Below are positions 24,733 to 31,105 of a DNA stretch of 31,105 bases, piece by piece. The position numbers and the translations under genes are program-made. The DNA is taken from positions 1-31,105 of the forward strand of contig JBKHVI010000033.1 in NCBI GenBank assembly GCA_046570105.1. The letters are read 5' to 3'. Every line of letters begins with the position of its first letter. Within the stretch, counting starts at the first letter, position 1. The notes beneath the pieces were generated by a model, which was not told where the DNA came from, did not search any database, and was given only the letters and a program-made list of their open reading frames with translations. Source of the DNA: Bacteriovoracia bacterium (GTDB taxonomy: Bacteria > Bdellovibrionota > Bacteriovoracia > Bacteriovoracales > Bacteriovoracaceae).

Positions 24733-25272
24733 ATGGCAGAAAATAACGAAGCCGGCTCATCAAGCGCACCTGCTTCAGGAAAAAATCCTCTCGTCGCTCT
24801 ATTACTTGTATTAAACATGATCGCTATGGGTGTCGTTGCGTTCTTCCAATATCGTTTTATGCAAATGGAAGCGGCACGCCCAGATCTTACACAACTTCTC
24901 AGAGAGAAAGATGCTCCTCTAAATCCTGAAGCAGAGGGTGAGCAAAAAACGAATGATGTTGTGAAGAAAGAAAATCTTCTTCCACTTGAAACGTTCACAG
25001 TGAATCTATTGCAAGGAGATGGCCCGCGCCGTTTCGCTCGTATGGATGCTGTTTTGAAAATGAGCGATGAAGCCAAGCCAGCTGAATTTGAAGCGAGAAA
25101 GCCGCAAATTCGTGACACCATTATTAGTGTCTTGAATACCAAGCGCCCAGAAGACCTTCTTAAAAAAGAAGGAAAGCAGTTTTTAAAGGAAGAGATTAAA
25201 GCCGCGATCAATGCCTTCTTAGTTGATGGTAAGGTCGAGGATGTTTACTACATAGGTTTTCAGATCAATTGA
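24733..25272 (+). CDS. fliL: flagellar basal body-associated protein FliL
   Basis: Single TM; FTVNL, PQIRD, GKQFLKEEI motifs; upstream of fliM. Confidence 0.92.
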   Translation: MAENNEAGSSSAPASGKNPLVALLLVLNMIAMGVVAFFQYRFMQMEAARPDLTQLLREKDAPLNPEAEGEQKTNDVVKKENLLPLETFTVNLLQGDGPRRFARMDAVLKMSDEAKPAEFEARKPQIRDTIISVLNTKRPEDLLKKEGKQFLKEEIKAAINAFLVDGKVEDVYYIGFQIN

Positions 25273-25340
25273 TAGAAATCGCTGCACAGGATGTGCTGCG
25301 AGCGTAGGAAAATGACCGCGCATTCCCAGGAGGGGAGTCC

Positions 25341-26342
25341 ATGGCCCAAGTACTTAGCCAAGATGAAGTAGATGCGTTGCTGAGTGCCGTTAATGATGAC
25401 GGTGAAACGGAGTCAGCTCCGAGCGGCGAAGGTGGCGATTTTGCCACTGATGACGAAAATCAAGAAAATATTCAGCCCTATGATCTCACCAATCAAGACC
25501 GAGTTATTCGCGGTCGAATGCCGATTCTTGAGATCATCTATGAGCGCTTTATTCGTCAGTTCCGCGTATCGCTCTCAAACTCGCTAAGAAAAATTTCAAC
25601 CATCTCAATGATTTCTACCGATCTTTTGAAGTTCGGTGAATTCGTTAACACTCTTCCGATCCCAAGTTGCATGTGTATCATGCGCTTCAACGAACTTCGT
25701 GGTCCAGCTTTGATCGTATTCGAATCAAAACTCGCTTACGCCATTATCGATTCATATTTCGGTGGAACTGATCGCCCTTTCACCAAGATTGAAGGCAAAG
25801 AATTTACCTCGATTGAACTTTCATTCATGCGCCGAGTGATGGATATGGCGATCAATGATTTGGAAGAAGCATGGGCACCGGTTCATCGCATTGATGCCCA
25901 GTATGTCCGTACAGAAATTAACCCACAGTTCGTCGGTGTGGTTCCTCCATCTGACGTAATCATCACGACAACATTTGAAGTTGAATTCGAGAGTGCCTCG
26001 GGAACCATCATGGTGGTTATTCCGTACTCAACAATTGAACCGATTAAACAAAAACTCTCGTCTAGCTTCCAGTCTGAAAACGATGTGGTCGATACTCTTT
26101 GGACACGCTCACTTCAAGAGCACGTCCAAAATGCTGAAGCCACCGCCATTGTGAAGTTAGGTGAAACTGATATGTCGATTGGCGACCTTGTAAGCCTGCA
26201 GATCGGCGACATCATTCCTTTATCTCAAGAGGTCAGCGGTGAGCTTGATCTAGAGATTGAAGGGGCCAATAAAATGAAATGTCTAATTGGAACATATAAA
26301 GGTAACCGCGCAGTGCAAGTCACTCGCCGGATTAACGATTGA
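25341..26342 (+). CDS. fliM: flagellar motor switch protein FliM
   Basis: [11 protein letters not shown]heY-binding motif, FGG, FTSIE, ETINPQF-like segment (TEINPQF), C-terminal SpoA domain. Confidence 0.97.
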   Translation: MAQVLSQDEVDALLSAVNDDGETESAPSGEGGDFATDDENQENIQPYDLTNQDRVIRGRMPILEIIYERFIRQFRVSLSNSLRKISTISMISTDLLKFGEFVNTLPIPSCMCIMRFNELRGPALIVFESKLAYAIIDSYFGGTDRPFTKIEGKEFTSIELSFMRRVMDMAINDLEEAWAPVHRIDAQYVRTEINPQFVGVVPPSDVIITTTFEVEFESASGTIMVVIPYSTIEPIKQKLSSSFQSENDVVDTLWTRSLQEHVQNAEATAIVKLGETDMSIGDLVSLQIGDIIPLSQEVSGELDLEIEGANKMKCLIGTYKGNRAVQVTRRIND

Positions 26343-26353
26343 ACGGGGGCGAA

Positions 26354-26695
26354 ATGAACGAAACTAACCGCGAAGCGATTGGCCAACTGGCCGACCAAAT
26401 TAAGGCCGGGGACGATGCACTTAATAAACTTAAAGTGCAAAACCTCGATTTCATCCTCGATATCCCACTCAAAGTGAGTGTGGAGCTTGGCCGTGCCAAG
26501 GTCGTTATCAAAGACCTGCTGCAACTGGGTCAAGGTTCGGTTTTGGAGCTTGATAAGCTCGCCGGTGAGCCTCTTGAGGTACTGGTGAATGGCAAGCTCG
26601 TTGCAAGAGGTGAGGTTGTGGTGGTGAACGAGAAGTTCGGGATCCGCTTAACAGATATTATTAGCCCGCTCGAACGTATTGAATCCCTGAAGTAA
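26354..26695 (+). CDS. fliN: flagellar motor switch protein FliN
   Basis: [26 protein letters not shown] and [13 protein letters not shown] motifs; ATG 26354 preferred over TTG 26339. Confidence 0.97.
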   Translation: MNETNREAIGQLADQIKAGDDALNKLKVQNLDFILDIPLKVSVELGRAKVVIKDLLQLGQGSVLELDKLAGEPLEVLVNGKLVARGEVVVVNEKFGIRLTDIISPLERIESLK

Positions 26696-26707
26696 TGAGG
26701 TGAAGTT

Positions 26708-27775
26708 GTGAGAATCATTCTATCAGCCGCTCTCGCCCTAATTGCTACTGCTGTCGCCCATGCCGGGGTCAAAGTGACTTCTTTGGACTGGACTGAAAAT
26801 GCCGGCCGGGGTCGTTTTGTCGTGACTCTTTCGGCACCAGCTACAGAAGTTCCTGAATGGGATGTAAATGGTGGCCGCTTTGCCATGACTCTCGCGGGAG
26901 CAGAGGTTGAAAAAAATACTGTAAAAAAAGTAGCAGGCATCAGACTAGCTGCTGCGAATACAGCTCGTGGTGTTTTGACCACTTTGACTTTCCCACAAGG
27001 TCAAATCAATGCGGATGATATCGCTCTTACATTGAAAGACGGCAAGATTGAAATTTCTACCAAGCTTCCAACAATTACGAATGTTACAACTAAGCCGGTC
27101 AACACTCGCGCCCCCGCGATTGTCACTAAACCACAGATTGATAAAAAATCTTTGGGTGAGGACTTCTTAAAGAAAATTGAAGCTGAAGTTGAGGCCAAAG
27201 AGACTGTTGCCAAGGCAGTGAAAAAGCCTGTTTCAATGGATTTTAAAGACGAGATCAAAGCGCAACAAGCTGCTCCCAAACGTGAAAGCAGTTTTTCAAT
27301 TGTGGGATACGCAGGAAAGTTCATCGCTTTCTTGGGTTTTGTGCTTTTGTTCTTCTGGGGTGTCATTCAGTTAATGAAAAAAGGTGTGCTCTCAAAAGGC
27401 AAACTTGGTTTCTTAAACAATACCCAACTCGTGAGTGTTATCTCAACAACCTACGTAGCACCAAAGCGTTCTATCTTAATGGTGAAAGCCCACAATCAAG
27501 TTTTCTTGGTGAGTTCTTCTGAATCAGGCATGAGCTTTATTGCGGAAGTGAAAGATGTTCCAGGCATCGTCAAAGAGAGCGAGAAAGTGATGACTGGGAT
27601 GAATTTCGATGACAACGTTGAAGATGCGACCAATGCTCCGAAACAAGATTTGCAAGAAAAAGTAGATATCTATCAATCGGTAGCAGCAGAAGAGAAGGGA
27701 AGTGTACAAAAGGATATTGTACGTTTTTCTGATGAACTCAAAAAGAAAGTAAAGAACCTCAAGTCTCTGCAGTAA
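26708..27775 (+). CDS. fliO: flagellar biosynthesis protein FliO (long form with N-terminal exported domain)
   Basis: Position between fliN and fliP; signal peptide, internal TM, then FliO-like segment (VISTTYVAPKRSILMVKAHNQVFLV). Confidence 0.75.
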   Translation: MRIILSAALALIATAVAHAGVKVTSLDWTENAGRGRFVVTLSAPATEVPEWDVNGGRFAMTLAGAEVEKNTVKKVAGIRLAAANTARGVLTTLTFPQGQINADDIALTLKDGKIEISTKLPTITNVTTKPVNTRAPAIVTKPQIDKKSLGEDFLKKIEAEVEAKETVAKAVKKPVSMDFKDEIKAQQAAPKRESSFSIVGYAGKFIAFLGFVLLFFWGVIQLMKKGVLSKGKLGFLNNTQLVSVISTTYVAPKRSILMVKAHNQVFLVSSSESGMSFIAEVKDVPGIVKESEKVMTGMNFDDNVEDATNAPKQDLQEKVDIYQSVAAEEKGSVQKDIVRFSDELKKKVKNLKSLQ

Positions 27776-27786
27776 AAGGCTAAATC

Positions 27787-28536
27787 ATGCTTCCAGGATG
27801 GATGCTACGAATTTTAACTCTCTTGCTCACCGGTTTGCCGGCGGTGGCTTTTGCCCAAAGTAATACTCAACTGCCAGGTGTAAATATCAACTTCGGACAG
27901 GGTGCTAACTTTGTAGACACCATCGAAGTATTGATCCTCTTCACCGTTCTCAGTATGGCCCCTGCCATCATCGTTCTTTGTACTTCATTCACTCGTATCA
28001 TTATCGTTCTCTCTTTCATGCGCCAAGCGCTGGGAACTCAGAACTTACCACCGAACCAACTTTTGATTGGTTTTGCCATGTTCCTCTCAGTCTTCGTAAT
28101 GATGCCAACGGGAAAGGCGATTTATGAGGGTGGCGTAAAACCATATATGGAAAAACAGATCGACACCACTCAAGCGCTGGTTGTTGTAGAAACAGAACTC
28201 AGAGGCTTTATGGAAAAGCATGTTCGTAAAACAGATATCGGTCTGTTTTATGAAGTATCTGGCGAAGCCGCACCTGCGGGCATCAAAGATGTGCCGATTC
28301 ACTATCTCGTTCCAGCTTTCATTATTTCAGAATTAAAGACCGCCTTCCAAATTGGCTTTTTGCTCTACATCCCATTCCTTGTTTTAGATATGGTGGTGGC
28401 GAGTGTTTTGATGGCGATGGGTATGATGATGTTACCACCCATGCTTGTGTCACTTCCTTTCAAATTATTGCTGTTTGTTCTAGTGGATGGTTGGCAGCTG
28501 GTAACCGGTTCTATTCTACGTTCGTTCACCACTTAA
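27787..28536 (+). CDS. fliP: flagellar export protein FliP
   Basis: TSFTRIIIVLS, PPNQ, PAFIISELKTAF, MGMMMLPP and LFVLVDGW motifs. Confidence 0.97.
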   Translation: MLPGWMLRILTLLLTGLPAVAFAQSNTQLPGVNINFGQGANFVDTIEVLILFTVLSMAPAIIVLCTSFTRIIIVLSFMRQALGTQNLPPNQLLIGFAMFLSVFVMMPTGKAIYEGGVKPYMEKQIDTTQALVVVETELRGFMEKHVRKTDIGLFYEVSGEAAPAGIKDVPIHYLVPAFIISELKTAFQIGFLLYIPFLVLDMVVASVLMAMGMMMLPPMLVSLPFKLLLFVLVDGWQLVTGSILRSFTT

Positions 28537-28546
28537 GGAGACTCTC

Positions 28547-28822
28547 GTGGGAAATGAAGCTGTTATTGAGATTACTAACGAAGCCATGAAAGTGGCCTTG
28601 ATGCTGGCCGCTCCCATGTTGATGGGCGCACTCATCATCGGTATTTTAGTTTCATTGTTTCAAGCAGTGACACAAATTAACGAGCAAACTCTTTCATTCA
28701 TTCCAAAGATTCTTATCATTGTGGCAGCGATGGTGTTCTTTAGCCCATGGATGCTTGAAACTCTGACTGAATTTACCCGTGAAACCTTCCTTCGCATTCC
28801 GGAAATGGTGAATAGCCAATGA
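28547..28822 (+). CDS. fliQ: flagellar export protein FliQ
   Basis: FQAVTQINEQTLSFIPK; AAGGAG SD. Confidence 0.97.
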   Translation: MGNEAVIEITNEAMKVALMLAAPMLMGALIIGILVSLFQAVTQINEQTLSFIPKILIIVAAMVFFSPWMLETLTEFTRETFLRIPEMVNSQ

Positions 28823-29601
28823 TGAATGTCACGATCGTCGATCATGTGGCGTTCGTTGCTTTCTGGCTTGGCTTTAGTCGCTGGCTTGCAATTCTCATGC
28901 AGCTTCCGCTCTTTGATAACACCGCTGTTCCAGGCATCGTTAAAGTTTTAGCTTCTTTTGTTATCGCTTGGGCATTTCATCCTCTAGTTGCACCCGCTAT
29001 CATAACTGAAGTTCAAACGGTGGGAGTGCAGTACCTTTGGCTTTTGACGGCGGTGCATGTTGGATGTGGTTTGGTCATCGGATTTTTTGTCAAAAGTTTC
29101 ATGGCGCTCTTTTCATCGGCGGGCACTATCCTCACGCAACAAATTGGTTTTGCTTCGGTCAGTTACTTTGATCCTACACAAGCTCAGCAAACCGGTCCTT
29201 TTGAGAAAATTATCCAGTGGACGCTGATTGTTCTCATTCTAACTTCTGGTGCACTCGTTCCGATGCTAAAGGGTGTAACGGAGAGTTTTTACACCGTGAA
29301 CTCACTCAATTTAGAAAAGATGGCGACTTCACATGTCTTCTTTGGTGAAGTTTTTAAAGGCATCTTTACCTCGGCGATCATGTTGGCGGCTCCATTATTA
29401 TTCGCCAACATTCTTATGAATCTGGTTTTTGGAATTGTCTCTCGAACTGTTCCGCAGATGAACGTTTTGATGGTTTCGTTTGTGGTGAATATCGGTTTGG
29501 GATTGATTCTGTTTATTGCTATTTCAGATGAGTTCTTTAAGGTGAGCTTCGACATTTATACAGAAAGACTGGGCCAGTGGTTTCAGTTTTTCTCACGATG
29601 A
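28819..29601 (+). CDS. fliR: flagellar export protein FliR
   Basis: Hydrophobic; QIGF...FDP and SRTVPQMNV motifs; operon position. Confidence 0.93.
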   Translation: MMNVTIVDHVAFVAFWLGFSRWLAILMQLPLFDNTAVPGIVKVLASFVIAWAFHPLVAPAIITEVQTVGVQYLWLLTAVHVGCGLVIGFFVKSFMALFSSAGTILTQQIGFASVSYFDPTQAQQTGPFEKIIQWTLIVLILTSGALVPMLKGVTESFYTVNSLNLEKMATSHVFFGEVFKGIFTSAIMLAAPLLFANILMNLVFGIVSRTVPQMNVLMVSFVVNIGLGLILFIAISDEFFKVSFDIYTERLGQWFQFFSR

Positions 29602-29607
29602 GGGAAC

Positions 29608-30687
29608 ATGGCCGAAGAGAAAGATAGCGGCGAAAAATCCGAAGAACCCAGTCAGTATAGGTTAGATGAATCTCGCAAGAAAGGTGAGGTCGCAGCCTCG
29701 CGTGAACTTAATAGCGTTATCCTTTTGGCGGGTACACTGCTTACGACCGTGCTATGCTCAGCCTATGTTTATGAAGAATTTTCTGAGTATCTCAGCTGGC
29801 TTTTGCGCCTAGATTTTCAACGAGTTTATGAGAAGAAAGAATTTGTAGAAGTTATTGAGAAAACCGCCTGGTTATCTTTAAAGTGTGTCGCACCGGTTTT
29901 TGGTGCTTCTTTGTGTTTGGGTTTTCTTTCACAATTTGCCCAAATTGGTTTTCTTTATTCTCCCGATGTTTTAACTGCCAAGCTTGAACGCATTAACCCG
30001 ATCAATGGTTTTCAGCGTTTATTTTCTAAGAAATCGCTGGTTGAAGCTCTCAAGGGTATTTTTAAATTTAGCGTCGTTCTCAGCATTACCTACATGGTAA
30101 TGAAAGATAATCTCGATTTGTTTACCGGCTTCATGCATGCCGAAGTAGGCGCCGGATTAGTCTTTGGGAAAACCCTGATTTTTAAGCTCGGGTATTCGGT
30201 TTTGTTGGGGCTGGCAGTGGTCGCTCTAGGCGATTTTACCTGGGAAAAGTGGTCTTATCGTCAAAAAATGATGATGACCAAGCAAGAGGCCAAGGATGAA
30301 CACAAGGATAAAGATGGTAACCCTGAAATAAAGCAAAAGATCAGGGCCATCCAGCGCCAAATGGCCACCAAACGCATGATGGATGGTGTGAAAAAAGCGG
30401 ACGTTATAGTCACAAATCCGACCCATATTAGTGTAGCATTGAAGTACGACGGCCAGAATATGGTCGCCCCGGAAGTCATGGCCAAAGGAGCAGATCATTT
30501 GGCCTTGCGGATCAGGGAAATTGCGAAAGAGCACGACATTCCAATTGTGGAAAATGTTCTCCTTGCAAGAACCTTGTACAAAACGGTGAAGGTTGGGCAT
30601 GGAGTGCCTCGCAATCTTTACCGCGCTGTCGCTGAAGTTCTCGCGTTTGTTTATAAACTCAAACGTAAGAAGAAGGCCCTCCGGTAA
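29608..30687 (+). CDS. flhB: flagellar export protein FlhB
   Basis: EKSEEPS, INPINGF, DGNPEIK and the NPTH autocleavage motif. Confidence 0.97.
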   Translation: MAEEKDSGEKSEEPSQYRLDESRKKGEVAASRELNSVILLAGTLLTTVLCSAYVYEEFSEYLSWLLRLDFQRVYEKKEFVEVIEKTAWLSLKCVAPVFGASLCLGFLSQFAQIGFLYSPDVLTAKLERINPINGFQRLFSKKSLVEALKGIFKFSVVLSITYMVMKDNLDLFTGFMHAEVGAGLVFGKTLIFKLGYSVLLGLAVVALGDFTWEKWSYRQKMMMTKQEAKDEHKDKDGNPEIKQKIRAIQRQMATKRMMDGVKKADVIVTNPTHISVALKYDGQNMVAPEVMAKGADHLALRIREIAKEHDIPIVENVLLARTLYKTVKVGHGVPRNLYRAVAEVLAFVYKLKRKKKALR

Positions 30688-30717
30688 GACTTAAAGCCCA
30701 AGGAAGGGATTTAACGT

Positions 30718-31105
30718 ATGGATAGCCTATTTAATCGCCTTAAAATGTTCTCGCAAAATTCTGATTTGGCAGTCGCCATCGGCATTTTGATTATCATGTT
30801 TGTCATGGTGGTACCTGTTCCACCGATGGCGCTCGATGCTTTCCTCGCTCTCTCATTAGCTCTTTCAGTAATCATTTTGCTGATGAGTGTTTATGCTAAG
30901 AAGCCCTTGGATTTTTCGACCTTTCCATCAGTGCTTCTCGTCACAACACTGTTGCGTCTCTCATTGAACGTTGCTTCTACACGTAACATTTTGTTGGATG
31001 GTGCTGATGAAGGTACAGCAGCAGCTGGATCTATCATCCAAGCGTTTGGTGATTTCGTCGTAGGCGGTAACTACGCCGTCGGTATCATCATCTTTATGAT
31101 TTTGG
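30718..31105 (+). CDS. flhA: flagellar export protein FlhA, 5' part; runs off the window end
   Basis: Manual translation MDSLFNRLK...[31 protein letters not shown]...[13 protein letters not shown]. Confidence 0.96.
   Translation, partial: MDSLFNRLKMFSQNSDLAVAIGILIIMFVMVVPVPPMALDAFLALSLALSVIILLMSVYAKKPLDFSTFPSVLLVTTLLRLSLNVASTRNILLDGADEGTAAAGSIIQAFGDFVVGGNYAVGIIIFMIL

Noticed and set aside
379..30600. Many short ORFs antisense to or frame-shifted within confident genes (e.g. 379-621, 1353-1652, 3432-3821, 19634-20077, 23309-23761, 24669-25211, 26530-26982)
   Set aside because: They overlap well-supported genes and show no recognisable motifs; treated as shadow ORFs.

Overview
Bacterial chromosomal window; gene content and hypothetical-protein style suggest a predatory Bdellovibrionota (Bacteriovoracia-like) organism, which is an inference. 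It is mostly housekeeping: two tandem cation:proton antiporters, a soluble two-PAS (Aer2-like) chemoreceptor, tRNA-Glu/tRNA-Lys, mtaB, a REC-cNMP protein, purA, murJ, uvrC, a degenerate UDG-family protein, SpoIID plus amidase, a BrnTA toxin-antitoxin pair, a DsbA-like lipoprotein, an HU-family protein and fliLMNOPQR-flhB-flhA. The most unusual element is a RAYT-like HUH/Y1 transposase (17232-17864) followed by a structured end. A second copy of that end lies in a transposase-less, MITE-like segment upstream of purA (8044-8244). The two copies align without gaps as invariant blocks separated by almost completely different internal-loop segments. In the transposase-linked copy the two loop halves together are exactly complementary to an 11-nt site just upstream, which suggests a split-guide or pseudoknot mechanism. 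Other notable items are a secreted Cys/Gly/Tyr-rich repeat protein, a Zn-ribbon/Tudor protein opposite uvrC, sigma28-like promoters on orphan genes, CsrA-type GGA hairpins and several probably leaderless genes. All calls come from motif reading by eye; no database search was run.
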